A DNA stretch of 63,973 bases, counting the filler, from Circinaria calcarea (Eukaryota): NCBI GenBank assembly GCA_051942165.1. It is 3 parts of 3 records of this genome, joined end to end, with 100 filler letters (N's around TTAATTAATTAA, not from the genome) between each part and the next. Parts side by side here need not be neighbours in the genome. Positions count along the whole stretch, not along the records: positions 1 to 22,936 come from JAVECS010000126.1; positions 23,037 to 45,643 come from JAVECS010000127.1; 1 more part is not named here. One strand, given 5' to 3'. The notes beneath the pieces were generated by a model. That model worked only from the letters and a program-made list of their open reading frames with translations, made no database searches and was not told the DNA's origin. The first letter of the stretch is position 1. Every line of letters starts with the position of its first letter. The position numbers were made by a program, and so were the translations under genes. Positions 19,178 to 32,370 of the stretch are shown piece after piece.

Positions 19178-22100
19178 ATGGCCTCTGAAGACGCGAAGTC
19201 CGACGACACGAAAGGAAAGAAGACTACGAGGACAGACCCTCCCCCAGAGATTGCCGAATACAGCACCGAATGGTACGATTGGTGGTTGGAACATTCTCCA
19301 AAGACTTGGCCAGAATGGCTTTCGAGAGATGGCTTGGGTCTCACCGCCAACTTGCTGAAGAATATCAAGAGCCGGGCAACAGGTCTCTTGACAGAAGAGG
19401 TTGCGGGCAAAAAATTGAAGGGCCACACTGCGCAGCTAGAGTTGAAGGCGGCCGACGACGAACTGGAGAAGGACTTCGGCAGCAGAGTCAAGGAGTTGAG
19501 GCCGTGGGTCACGCATGGCTTCAGACAGAAATGTTGGAGGGCCTTTACGACCCATCAGAAAGCCATGAGAACAAGACCTAATTCCAACCTATCGAAACTG
19601 TCCAGTACCAAGCCAATATATAGGCACAGCGATGATCAAAAGCCATCAGAAAAAGCATCCTCAAGCCATTTACCTGCGAAGATCGAAGGACCCAGATACT
19701 CGAACCAGTCCAAGGATCCCCTGAACCAGCCTACGACCTTTTCAAAACCTCGCGCACGCTCCAACTCATTTCCCCGTAGAAGAGCATTGCCTAAAGAAGT
19801 CCACGTCGAAGGCAGCTACTACGAATGGCCCTCTTGGAATGACACGCCTAACCGCGCCCCTGTGGTGCAAAAAAAGGGAAAAAGATCCTCGGTGGCCGCA
19901 GACCTCGACAGCTACAAAGACGATGAATCAAGGGAAACCGCACTAAGGTTCCACCTGCGTTGGAGTTTCGAAAACAAGAGGAGGAAGCTGATAGTGGAAG
20001 AAGAACAACAATATGGTACCACGGGAAGAACTAACATGATGCCTGAGCCAACAAGTAGCGAGCTAAACGAAGAAAGACAACAGCACGAACTAGTTGCAGT
20101 GAGCCAAAAGATGCAAGAGACTACGGATTTGACGGATGAAGAAAAATTGATTTTAGACGGCGTAGCGGAAGAAGAAGAGGTAGACGCGGAGACGTTGTAA
20201 GTCGTTATCAGCCCGAAAAAGACAGTGCGTGCTAAAATACACCAAAGGATGCAGTCCTTGCTCAACGGCACTAAATGTGAGCAGTGCGACCCACGACAAT
20301 GGAAGTTAACTGTCGATTTTTGGGGCTGGACGGAGGCAACCGAGAAGAGGATGCAAATGAGCCCGACCGCCGCCTTCAAGTTACCAGGGATGAAGTCAGC
20401 ACTCCGCAGTACTCAAATCCATGCTATCACGTGGATGTTGTACCAAGGCGCAGGTCTTTGTGGAGGTGGGTTCTTATGTGACCGAATGGGATTCGGAAAG
20501 GTTTGCTACCTATTCAGTATCATTACCTTCAAGACTCACACAATTGCAGACGATCGTTATCCTCGGCAAGATGAGAGTGGAATGGTTAATCGCGAAGGCA
20601 TGCATGGACGTGATCGCCACCGAAGACTCCGAAGGTCATAATGGTCACGCCCCACCCCAAGCAAGGAAAGACGTACGATACGCAAGGACATTACCGCAGT
20701 GCACGCACTACAGAAAACACGTAGTGCCTTGTCCTTGCTCTTCAGCATCACCTACATGGTTGCAACGAGGACAGACCGGTGCTAATGTGATTTTCGCCTC
20801 CAAGACACTTATCGATGTTTGGGTGCAAAATTGGCGCGAACATAATATGGGTACGAATGATGAAATGGTTTTGTTAATAGGGCATGAGACAAAGGCGAAG
20901 GGGTTTGAGAATTTTGGACGGAAACACGCGAAACTCCTTGTAACAAATAAAAAAGGAAGAAGTACATGGTTCCAGAAGAAGTTTGTGATCCTAACCACTC
21001 ATGAGTCCTATAATACCCACGTCATGAAATACTTCCAAGGGCTTAAGAAAAAGGAGGACGTTGATTTAAATACGATACCTCGCAATACTTCATCGGACTA
21101 CGACAGAATGGTTAAAAAATACGAAGAAGATATGCTCTGCCCGTTCAAGCCATCCAACACCTACTCAGATGAATTCCACAAAATGCACGCGGAGGGTAGA
21201 GGTTTGCCAAATCGTTTGAAGGCAATGCAGACGAGGACGTGGTCACCGAAAGTTTGGGGGCTGTCAGGGACGCCATTTAAAGACGGCCCGGGCGGGTTAA
21301 GAGGATATCTTGATGTCATGTATCGAAAGCAATGGGACACCGACGAGAAGTACATGCATCTAACTCCCACGGCGCTCGAGACTCTGCAAAAGAATATAGA
21401 CGCTGCAATCAAGGAAGCCAACACGCACCAGATCGTCGAATTGGGCCAGGTTTTCGAGTTGAGAGTATTACAAAGTTGCATGATCCGGAGGAATGAAAAT
21501 TCCGAGTGGTTTGGCAAGCCCGCACTGCCATTGCCCCCGGTCACCGTCCACGAGATCAAAACGCCCATCTCCATAGAGTTCAAGGAGTCGGTCGCGGAAC
21601 TGAATGCGGAAAGGCTACAAAAAATGCATAAGTCGATGAACAAGTTAAACGGCAAGCAGAAACGTAGCACCACTCTCTCGACTCTACCGTCCCTGGCGAC
21701 CTTTATCGAGCACTCAAGGGCACTGAGACATATCGCTGTCTGGCCCTACTTAATAGAGATGCTGCGGACGGAGTCAGTAACCCTTACTCTAGAGGACTTC
21801 CGAAAACCGAAGGACGCCCACTCCACTTGGAAAAACGCTTATGCTACGAACATCGGCACCCTCATGAAAACTTCTCCACGATTCAAAGGAGTAGTAAGGA
21901 CTATTAAGTCGTTGCCCAAGGATAAGGAAGGCAAAGAACGCAAGGTGGCCATATATTCAGATAACGCCGTAAGCGCAGGCATTGCATACGAGGTACTTAA
22001 TGCAGGAACTCCTATCCTCTGTTGATGCGTGACTCTTCTCGCTAATATACGCAGGCGTTTGAAAAACTGTGGCCAGGAAAGACAGCCTTCTTCAAAAGCG

Positions 22101-22459
22101 CAACGACAAATAAAGTCCGAACCAAGCTACGAGCGTGGTTCCAAGAGGAGTTAGATGAGGACGGCGAGTTGTTATACGCTCATCCTCCGAGATTCTGGAT
22201 AGGAACCACTGGAGTGGGAGCGGAAGGTCTGGACCTGCAGAAAGCCAGTGTCATTATGTTACTGGAGCCATTCCTCGATCCTCGAAATGAGCAGCAGGTG
22301 ATCGGAAGAGCTTGGCGGGGAGGCCAGGTGAATAACGTCCTTGTGTACAAGTTCTACAGTCCGGACGATGACACAGAAAAGGCCGTGAGGAATAAAGCAG
22401 ATAGAAGGGCCTTGTTGGAAGCATCAACTCACACCAAATTGGTGGAGGAAATTGATTAA
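19178..22459 (+). CDS. Divergent SNF2-family (SF2) ATPase/helicase, 4 exons
   Basis: LRSTQIHAITWM..GGFLCDRMGFGK|T (motif I), YSDEFH (II), WGLSGTPF (III), CMIRR, GAEGLDLQKAS..LLEP...NEQQVIGRAWRGGQ (V/VI). GT-AG introns at 20197-20247, 20501-20549 and 21993-22054 keep the frame open. Confidence 0.85.
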
Positions 22460-22721
22460 AATTAGTTAGTAAATATTTAATCAAAAACTGAACACCAAAT
22501 AGTATATTGCAAATTCGATCATCGAGTAGCCCGAGATAAGTTTACTAACCCGATAGCTCATCAAGAGGCCAATATTTTAACAGAGCCTAAAATAAAAATT
22601 CTTAAAACACTACAGCATGACCACAAGCCATAATAGCAAGCATATAGCCGGAGAATAGAGAGAATTATTAAAGAGCAAGATTGGTTTCTCGAGCAATGCA
22701 CGGTTTCTATTTCTAACCTCA

Positions 22722-22785
22722 CATTTTGACCGAAATCCTGACCCATTCTCTGACCCAGATCCTGACCCAGATCCTGACCGAAATC
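22722..22785. repeat. 12-nt minisatellite ATCCTGACCCAG (about 5 imperfect copies)
   Basis: TTTTGACCGAA ATCCTGACCCATT CTCTGACCCAG ATCCTGACCCAG ATCCTGACCGAA. Confidence 0.8.
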
Positions 22786-22936
22786 TCGCGGAGTCATAGA
22801 GCACATTTGTGGCGTGAGCGCTGGTAGGCACATGCCAGCAAAAGCCCAAGATAGAGTTTTGAGAGACGGGGCAAGATATCTAATATCATGGTTTCTATAT
22901 AATCTCTCGGTTCTTCATCAGTCCCCGCTTCCCCTC

Positions 22937-23036
22937 NNNNNNNNNNNNNNNNNNNNNNNNNNNNNNNNNNNNNNNNNNNNTTAATTAATTAANNNNNNNN
23001 NNNNNNNNNNNNNNNNNNNNNNNNNNNNNNNNNNNN
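22937..23036. other. Artificial contig linker (N44-TTAATTAATTAA-N44)
   Basis: All-frame stop spacer embedded in Ns. Confidence 0.98.
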
Positions 23037-23375
23037 CCCCCGCCCCGGGGGCTCCCGGATAAACCCCTTGTTAAACTGACTGTCGCGTTCCCAGTCCTCA
23101 TCCTCGGCTCCCTGCGATACTCGTCCTACATGATGCACCTCCAAGACCAGGAACGGAAACAGATGGCCAGTCTCGGCCCCTCCACGTCTACATCTACGGG
23201 GACGGGGACGGGGACGGGCACCGGTCGAGGAGCAGGGGGAACCTACACGGTGCAGTCTCGCGACACGGGTACGCAGACGGGTCCGCAGACACAGACACAG
23301 CCCGGGGGGGAAGCAAACGCCATGCTGGCGAGTATGGAGTCGGGCACGAGTCCCGCTTATGTTTCTTTGGGATAG
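23037..23375 (+). CDS. 3' end of an unidentified gene (5' part lost at the contig edge)
   Basis: Open frame from the contig start (PRGLPDKPLVKLTVAFPVLILGSLRYSSYMMHLQDQERKQ..) to TAG, GC-rich codons, low-complexity tail. Confidence 0.45.
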   Translation, partial: PPPRGLPDKPLVKLTVAFPVLILGSLRYSSYMMHLQDQERKQMASLGPSTSTSTGTGTGTGTGRGAGGTYTVQSRDTGTQTGPQTQTQPGGEANAMLASMESGTSPAYVSLG

Positions 23376-23381
23376 GATTGC

Positions 23382-23441
23382 ATAGGGATAGGGATAGGGA
23401 TAACGATAGGGATAGGGATAGGGATAGAGATAGGGATAGGG
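23382..23441 (+). repeat. (ATAGGG)n microsatellite, about 10 units, in an SSR-rich intergenic region
   Basis: Read directly; nearby (CGTTAC)n and (AATGC)n tracts. Confidence 0.9.
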
Positions 23442-23873
23442 AGAATATACCCCCCCCATTTTTTGGCTTTTGGCTTTTTGATTTTTTGCTTTTCGATTCA
23501 GGGGAAAACAAAAACTAAAAGAGTATCTATATGCAAATGCAAATACAAATGCAATGCAGTGCAATGCAGTGCCAATCTATCTAAAACAATACATATATGC
23601 ACCGTTACCGTTACCGTTACCATTACGTTTACAAATCAAATCTCATTGAGATGAGATTACCCAATATTACCCAATAACGGACGGCAGGACTTGGACCCAT
23701 GGACCCATGTAAGATTACGTACGGGTAAAGAGTAAGAGTAAGATAAATGTACCATCTGTTTGATTTTCCTCCTTTCTCCTTTCTCCTCCTCCTCGTTGCA
23801 CTCTCTCGTTTTGCCTACAAAACCACCAATCACAACCCAATCCAAACCAAATACAAATTACATTTGAAATTTT

Positions 23874-26425
23874 TCATGCCAGCAACCCAAACAGCAATGT
23901 TGTCCTCCTCCAGTACTCCGCCACCGCCGTGTTGACCCTCGCCCTCGACTCCACCGGCAAGCCCGGATGATGCTGCAGCCGTGCGTGCCGGAGCCGAGCA
24001 AAGGCATCCGTAGTCCCGGCGTGGTCGGCTTTCCCGACGACGAGGAGAGTGGCATGGTCGAGGTAGGCCAGATCAAACGCCTCTTGGATCTGGCAATCTT
24101 CTCGCTCCGCCGAGGGGGAGGGGGATGGGAAGGGGGATGGAGAGGAGGACTCGGGAGATGGCGGCGTTTGGCCATTGGGTAGATGATCGGGGGGCGTGGG
24201 CTGGGAATGATGATCATCATCATCATCAGGACCGTCATTACCGTCGGCGGCGGCAGGAGAGTCGCCCACTGAATGGGCGTTGCTCGGGGCGGAAAATACC
24301 TCGACTAGCGCTCCTCGGAGCAAGACTTTCAGGTGCCCGACGGCTGGCGGACTCCAGATATCCCGGCCCGCGTGCAGCATCTCCTTGACCAGCACGTGCA
24401 AGAGTCTAAAGGCCCAGCATGAGGGCATGGTGGGAAGTTCGGGGGTGCCTTCCCACAGCGCCCTCTGAGGTAGTCTATCACGTTTCATGGCCTTTGCGAT
24501 TCTGCCTCGGCTTTTGGGGAGGGAGGTTTGAATGACTGAAGTGGCGATAATATGTTGCAGGGTTTGGATAGAGGAGGGGCTGATATTGGGGATTTCCATA
24601 CTTGGAGGTATGCGCTGGTTGAACTCCCGCAGGATGCGGAGGAGAAAGACGGATTTGAGGGCTCCATCTCGGTCTTTTGTGAGGTTCGCCGCCATCTGGT
24701 CAATGGTCGTTCGCATAGTGGAAAGAGCTTCAGTGACTGCGCTTGCTAGTGCATCACTCAGCGTTTGTGGGTCAGTCTCGCTGAGTAAGGTGTTTCTCTG
24801 GTCAAAGAAATCGTCGTCCTCGTCGACATCATCCGGATCTTCCTCCCATCTCAGTTTCCGCAAGCCCTGTATGAGGGTTTCGAAAGCGTGGACGGTGTCT
24901 AGCCACGTTTGGCAACCTTGCAGTATTTCCTTGATCTGATCGTTACTTCCGTATACTCTAGTCCGAAGAGCCTCTATGAAAGGTCGAGCACCGTTTGAAG
25001 TATCCATATATATTACAGAATCGTCAAACATAAAGGGAGAGACACCTGAAACCCCAGGTTGCCATTCATGAAGCGTACGAGTCAAAGTTGAAGTGACTTG
25101 CGACAGTATGCTACATCGGTCTGCAATGAGGCAAGTGAGGCGGGTAGTGAAGGTCTCACGAAGGCTGTTAAGGACCTGTGGTCGATCGATCCCGGCGGCT
25201 TGGCTATGACTTGAGAACCAAAGCTCAATAGTTCTTCTTCGTAATTGAACAATAAAGTTGGGATCATCCATCGATCCAAGCAAATCGTGAATAATATCTC
25301 GATACTTCCCCAGCGTCGTGGAAGCCCATTGAGTCAGTTGCTGGTTGGCAGTTTCCACCTGCAAATCATCGTGTCGTATATAGGGTGTAAAGTTCTTGAT
25401 ATCTTCTCCAATCCATTCGTCGTGCACATCGTGATCCATCTCAACAATCGAGCGTACATCGGGACTGTTGAAGAATGGCGCAGCTTTCAGGTCCGATAAT
25501 GCGTCGGAGAGCTGGCGGGGAAAGATGGCCTGCGTGTCTTGAAGAGTACGAATCCATAGCTTCAGTGCCTGTAGCACGTTCCCTCCACCATCATCTCGCT
25601 TTTGCATATGAGCAAAAATAGCCTCAGATCGAATACGATGAAAGTGCCGAAGGATATCCGTGGTCGAAGAGCTGTTGGCAATGGAGTAAGCACACATAGC
25701 ATCCACAAGAGATGTACTCTCAATTAACAAGGTCTTGAATCGTCTGTCGATGCTCGCCAGTAGTTTCTGCCGTAGCCTCGCTAATCTCGTCCTTATAGCC
25801 TCGACGTAAGTATGTGTCTTCTGGTTCTCCGAGATTTTCTTGTGTAGTAATCTTGAGATCACCAGGACCTTGGCTGCTACCAACACTGATCCACCTTTTC
25901 TCAGCAGCCTGGAAATTACCTCTGGGCATTTCCGAAGGACGGCCAGTTGGGACGCGAACCTGTAATGCTCCCTATCTGCCACGATTCGTATCAGTCTGAC
26001 CATTCCATAAACTGAGCTGCCTAGGTCGACCACAGCACGCACCTCTCATTCTGGATTGCCCTTCCAACAAGCGCAGATTCGAACCACTCTTTTCCAGTAG
26101 CCTCATGTTGCATTTCCTTCCCACATCTCCCAAGTATGTCTCCACTTCGTGCATCTGCCCGTCCATTGCGATGATTGTTTCTGCAGTCCCCAGCAGCTCT
26201 CGGTAGCTGGCACTATCAGAAAGAGAGAGAGGAAGATCAGCATGACATTCAGGCGCATGTGGCCAAGGTAGACTGAACATACCCAACTAGCGTCCTTAAC
26301 TTTTCTCTGTTCCCAGCAATGTCATTGCGAAGCTGCTGTTCCATACGCCGTACAGTAGGGACAGGATATTGAAAGGCATCTTCCCAGGACGAGAAGGTTT
26401 TTGGGTCAGGAGCTTCAACCGCCAT
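23874..26425 (-). CDS. COG1: Conserved oligomeric Golgi complex subunit 1 (Vps51/Vps67 domain)
   Basis: N-terminus MAVEAPDPKTFSSWEDAFQYPVPTVRRMEQQLR..REKLRTLVG|ASYRELLGTAETII; C-terminus EYWRRTTLLFGLLA; two 5' introns. Confidence 0.85.
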
Positions 26426-26891
26426 TTCGCTGATTGCTCAGGAGGTGGTTGAGTATTGCATCAACTGTCGTGGTGACAGATGTATCCATACGAAGCCGGT
26501 GAGTAAAAGTCGTTGCCGAAAAAGTATTATAATGCTGGAGGACCCCTCACACAGGGTTCATAACTCATCGAATGATACAAGCCCTTGAACGTAAAAGAGT
26601 TCGGTCTAAGAACTCAATATAGGTAATAAGAACAGAGTACCCTTCATATGCAGATTCTCCCACCAGCAATTTGTGTACACCGGCCTCAATACGATAGGTG
26701 GTCCTATTGCTACAGTCTCGCTTAGCGAGTTATAGCGTTACTACAGATTAGGGCTCTACATGAGGCAGACAGGTATGAGTCTAACTCGAAATAGGACAGT
26801 AACATATGTATTATCTTGTTTTCATATACTATTATTTGGGTAACCCCAGAACAGAACACGCCATTCGAGGTTATACGACAATATGAACGCT

Positions 26892-29800
26892 TCAAGGCCA
26901 ACCGAAGATTTCGGAGATGCTAATCAAGTTCCAACGAAAGCCTCCGAGAGCAACCAGGATTCCAGCCAAGTCCACGACAAGGAGAACAGCCGCACCGGTC
27001 ATGAATCGTGGACTGAATATCCTGTACAGCATAAGATGTCGTCGTAACCAGCCGGCCCACATAGTAGTGGCAAGGTTGATGACTGCATAGTATGAGACAT
27101 GCGTCGCCATTGCCTTTACCACATCTCCAAGTAACCCTTGTTTCTTGGGTGGTTGCTTCCACAGAACCAAAAGTGGTACCGCAATAACCGTAAGTATCTG
27201 GGCGCCAAAGGTGTTCATGATCACAAACAAAGGCGACCATGGATAACGAATGGTCTTTAGGGGTACGAATGCAGAGTCCCATTGAATGCTCGAGAGCGTC
27301 GCTTGATGGCCAGTCTTGAAGAAATAGAAACTCCCCAATACCCCGAGTACAATAGGGCCAATTGCTGTCTGTGAGAGATCATTGGTATCAACAATTTCGA
27401 GCAATGCGAGGATTTGCCAGACGAGAAGACCAGTTGCGCCACCGCCCATCGGCTTTTGCAAGAGGATAACCGCAAGGACAAAGTCGCTAAAAAGGAGAAA
27501 ATACCGGGAGCCATGCACATTGGCATAACCGAGGATTGTGACTGCTTTTGGCTTTGCGTCGGCCGTACTGTTCGCGCCTGCGCCCGAAGAGGGGATTGTT
27601 TCTACTCGCACACAAGGACTGGCCCATAAAAAGGTGGTGGTCCCAGCAGCGAAAGCCAATCCGAGGACCGTTTGCGCAATTATAATTCTGGCGGCTTTAA
27701 GCTTGCCTTGATCTAGGGAGAGCCAATCTCCATCGTCCGCTGCATCGATTGTCCAATAAATTGCGGATCCTAGTAAGCCCAGTCTAAAGGCGAATCCGAT
27801 CCAAAAGACGGCCGATCCTTCGTATGACCTCGTGCCATAATAATAGGATCGGATGATGTTAGGAAGGATGATAGCTAAGGCATATGGAATCAATAGCTGC
27901 CATGTTGCAGATGTCGATGATGTTGCAGACGCATAGTAGGTAGATCTACAAAATGGCATTTGTTCTTCCCGGCACAACCTTGACAGCGAAGCTAATCGAG
28001 TAAGTGTTAAGAAAAGGAAGGACTGGTATACACCCAGTACACGATCCGCAGGAGTCAGCTGGCGTAAAGATGAGGAGAGCGCGAGGATTGCAAAAGTGCT
28101 TAGAAAGAATAACATGATTTCATCTTCCCATATAGTATACGAATTGGAAGCGAATCCTATGGACTGGCTGATTGTTAGTATAAATGCGAGGTAACCCCAG
28201 AGGGAACCGGGCAACGGAGAGCGTCCTCTCATCCGCTTCCATAGCCAAGGAACATATCCGGAAATACCACCACCTACTAGGCCGAGCGCGCATCCATCCA
28301 CGACTGATAGTTCGGGGATGACAATGCCCCCTAAGCCGCCGACCACGACTCCAGCAAAACTGCCTATCAAGAGTTTTGGTAAAAGCGCTGGAATGGCCTC
28401 TCCAGCATCGCCTGGTAAATATCTTACAAGTACGAGCAGAGCAACAAGAGCAAGGGAAAGTATCTCGATGCCGTGGAGCATGCTAGGTATATCGAAGCGT
28501 GCCCATAAACTGCGACATACTTTTAACGTCTCCCTTTGATATCTGGAGAAGGATAATGAAGCTACTCTAAAAAGAGCCATGTCGGGCTCCCTGGAAGTAA
28601 GCGAGTGCTTCCAGACTTTGTTAGCTTCGTTCCATAGTGACTGCGGTAGCGAAGTAGTATTCGCATCAAAGCCTCTGGCAATAGCATACTCATGCTGGTA
28701 ATTATGAATTTGTGCACCTGTAAGTGCACTGGCGGACGCCATCCTAGACCACTTCTCGCCACTACGTCCAATGAATGCCTCCTCGATAGGTGCTCCTAGA
28801 TTGTTGAACGGTATAGGCATACCCAAGAGTAAGGAAAGGGTCGGCACGAGATCGATTTGCCCTACAGGTCGGTTTTTGGCCGTGTTTGGAGGGTAGATGA
28901 ATTCTCGTTGGCTACGGCCAAAGATCCCCTTTTTGGAGTACATCCACAATGCTGCTTCGACTTCATCGTCCGACTCCCCTCCGTGGTCCCCTTTTGCGTC
29001 CATCCCATGATCTCCCATCACCACCAGTAGCGTTGACTCGTCGAGAGATCCAATCACTTTCCGCAGAACTTCATCCATTTGATGAAGCTTTGCAGCCATG
29101 GCCGAGTGATCAGGCCCATACCGGTGGCCAGCATGATCAACGCCAAGGTAATGAGCAATGATGAAGTCCCATTGAGTAACGTTAGCTGGGCTCAGTAATG
29201 GCAGCAGATGCTCTGTAACGCCATTATCGACCGTGTGGAGGTCCCATACATTGAACGAATCATAGGGATGACTGAGGTTTGCATTGAAATAACCCGGGAA
29301 CAACGATTGCCATGTGTCATCTCCGAGGTGGACGAGGGTCTTGTTCGCTAATCGAAGCTGATCAATTAAATTGTCTTCTTCAATCGCCGTGCCAGCAAAA
29401 TTCGATCCTGCGTCAATGAAAGTTGGTAGAGTCCCGGTGGTTAGACCTTTCAATCTCTGCAGCGTGGTGGTTGGAGGGTCGGCAATGAAGGGCAACAGGA
29501 AGGCATCATGAGGCGATGCAAGTGCAGTCTCATGGAGAACCGTAAGAGCGTTGTGGAAGTGGCGAGGCGGATCACCATAGGGCACAGTGAAGTCGTAACG
29601 AAGGGCGTCAATGATGACGACAACCGCCTTGTCGAAGGACTTTGGATACCAGCAGCCATGTACGTATGAGCCTTGCCGGTGACTGGCAATCGCCAACGGT
29701 GGATGAAGGCATTCGGATTTTCGATCCAGAACGAGACGGGTCAGGAGAAATCCCCGAGTAAAGAAGTAGATGCCCACAACGTGCAGTCCACTAGTGCTGT

Positions 29801-30024
29801 CAGCAAGCAGCAGCCAGGCATGTTTGCGGACCCACGACGCACAAAATCCATGAGAAGAATATCACCGTTGCCAGATGTGATGACTTGAAACGGTTAGCAT
29901 CCTTTGCTTCTCCCTCCCCTGGCGCCTTGATCTTTTCGGTTTTCCTCCTCTCGGCTTCTTTTTTGGCAGTCGCGTACTGCGCAGCAATACTTTGGTACTC
30001 GGAGCGCGTCTTGACATTTTCCAT
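26892..30024 (-). CDS. GPI13: GPI ethanolamine phosphate transferase 3 (PIG-O/Gpi13)
   Basis: FTRGFLLTR, IIDALRYDF, ADPPTTTLQRLKGLTTGTLPTFIDAGSNF, HYLGVDHAGHRYGP, GDHGM, multiple TM segments, LRRHLMLYRIFSPRF; one 5' intron. Confidence 0.95.
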
Positions 30025-30373
30025 CTAGCAGTAACAAATCAACAGAGTCGCATCAGCTATCAGTTATCAGTATACTCGCAGGTATGTGCTGAAGGCGTCG
30101 GCGCTGGACCGGCTCGAGGAACAAATCTGCCTCGGCCCGTGCAGTTGTATTCGAGGGCTAACCGGCATTTGGGTAGGGGTAATCAAGAGCGAGCGAATGG
30201 CTACCGACCATCCAATTAATCCAGCACAAAAGCCGTGCTAAGCCCACAAGCAACACTCGGGCAGAAACTTGTTCGGGGAATGAGGCACAATTACGTACGA
30301 CCGGACAGTACAAATCAGCTGCTAGGGAATTTCTGGCTACGGAGGTACACACTTTATTCTAAAATCGGCTTAC

Positions 30374-31550
30374 TTATATACTCACCACCTGCCCACTCAC
30401 ACTTATCGTTCCTGTGTACATCTGCCTTACGTCACTTGTCGTCCCCTTATCCGCATGGAACACCACCTTGCCCCCTTCCACCGAGACATCCAACCCCCCC
30501 GGAGCATAGAGACCCTGCGTCCCCGTAACCAGCAATGCCTTCCCAGCCTTCGCATATGGTTGGCCACCATTCCTTATCCCGTTTACACTGACGGCGTAGC
30601 TTGTGTCGTAGAGACTCCCGGAGTAACAATTACTGCTGAAAAACAGAATGTACATCCAGCCTCCTTGGGCCTGGGCGTTAGGCACGCGCACGAGACTGGG
30701 AGCTTCGACCAGAGGGCCATCGGCGTCGCCGCGGTGGAGAATGGGGAGTGGGGATCCGATCAGGGTGAAACCATCACGGGTGGAGACTTCCTGGAGCATT
30801 ATAGGCGTATCAACTAAATTGGGGCCGTTTCCATTTCCACAGTTGCCGCCAGGGCCAATGCTGTTGCCGTCAATTTTGTAAACAACGTATTGGCGGCCAT
30901 CGGAGTCAGCGAAGCCGGCTGGATCGATTGCACCGCCTTGGCTACGGGTTGGGGGAGTTAGCTGGATAAACATGCCAAAATGTGGAGGAGAGGAAAACGA
31001 TATCTGGCTCTCTTGGGGCGTGCTAGAGGAAACACCTACGAGGTGAGGCAGGCAATGCTGTTGTCGAGGGCGGTGTATGGCCCTTTGGCCGTCTTCGAAG
31101 TTGCAGCGCCAATGCAGTGGTGAGCTGGATCTTGCGTCGATACGGCGCTGTAGTACAAGACAAAAGTGCCATCGGCCTTGGGGTTCGAGACAATCAGTAC
31201 TTCCAGCTCATTGAACGCAGGATTAAGACAACAAGTACCAGTTGTACTACGTCCGGCGCCCAGACGTTAGCTCCTGTACTCCATTTCCCCAGCTGCGGCA
31301 CGGCGTCAAAACCCTCTATGACATTCCATGTGCTGAAGTCCGTCGAACGAGCTACCGGGACGTTTTTTCCGGCACTTCCTGAAGAGAACGCATACCAGCT
31401 GTTGTCGACCGGGTCTTGGATGATTGCAGGATCCGGAAAGTTCACGGAAATGACAGGGCCGCTGATGGAACGCTTCTTGAGGGGATGTTGGTTGGAGACT
31501 GAGAAGAGGAGCGAGACACAACAGAGAAGGAATGATTGGTGGTAATGCAT
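30374..31550 (-). CDS. Secreted glycoside hydrolase family 43 (arabinanase/xylosidase-like)
   Basis: Signal peptide, NFPDPAI, VWAPDV, GGAIDPAGF, GPLVEAPSL, APGGLDV; two introns. Confidence 0.88.
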
Positions 31551-32370
31551 AATCTCGGTTACTTCACAAGGATAACGGGTAATGTGCTGCAAGGCCAAGG
31601 GTTAATGTGTGCACATCAAAGCACTTGACTCCAGGTAAGGTATGATCGAGTGCTTTCCCTAAGGGAAAAGGGAAGGCAACAATGAGCTCTCTGGAGGGAG
31701 GCGGACCGTTGGGAGTGGAAAAAGATGTCAATGAGTGGAGATTGACAGATATATAAGGTATCTATATAACGGTAGAGACCTAGCAATACCAAGGATGACA
31801 TCATAGCAGGGGGCTGATGGACACGGCTGATGCCTTAGTCGAGGCCCAGCACGAATCATCGAGTCCGATGCAGAGAATTAGCAGACAGGGAGCTGATGTT
31901 TTCGGACGGGAGCAGCGTTAGGTTGACCGAAGTTAAAGGAGTGCGTTTGTTGGAGTAAGACGTGCCGTGCATTAGGCGAACCGGGGTTTCATGCTTCCCG
32001 ATAGGTTCCCGCGTGCCCCACAACGGACACCATCCCACAACAGGCAGAGCTTCTAATTCAGGCACGGCGACCGTTGGAGGAAAAGGAGATCATGTGTCGG
32101 ATTGAATACAGTAGAGTCGCGACTGGCACGCACATTGGATACCTTAGCCCCTCCCGTCCAGACGGCATGCCGTTCAGCTAATCGAGTTCTGCAGGAGGCG
32201 GCATTTGCTGATTCGGGGCAACTAGTTCCCGGAAGCGAGCGAATGGGACGACTACCTCAGTAATGATGGTGACCGTACTTCGCACGAGGATCCCGCCATG
32301 GCAGACCTTCTGATGATGCTCGATGATGATAGCAGATTGAGGACTTCCTGCGCATCAGACAGTTATAACC

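Noticed and set aside
1..22936. Starship giant transposon as the carrier of the accessory genes
   Set aside because: No DUF3435 tyrosine-recombinase captain or element boundary is visible in the window; cannot be supported here.
22981..22992. TTAATTAATTAA palindrome as a biological site
   Set aside because: Embedded symmetrically in Ns and repeated identically at 45688-45699: an assembly spacer.
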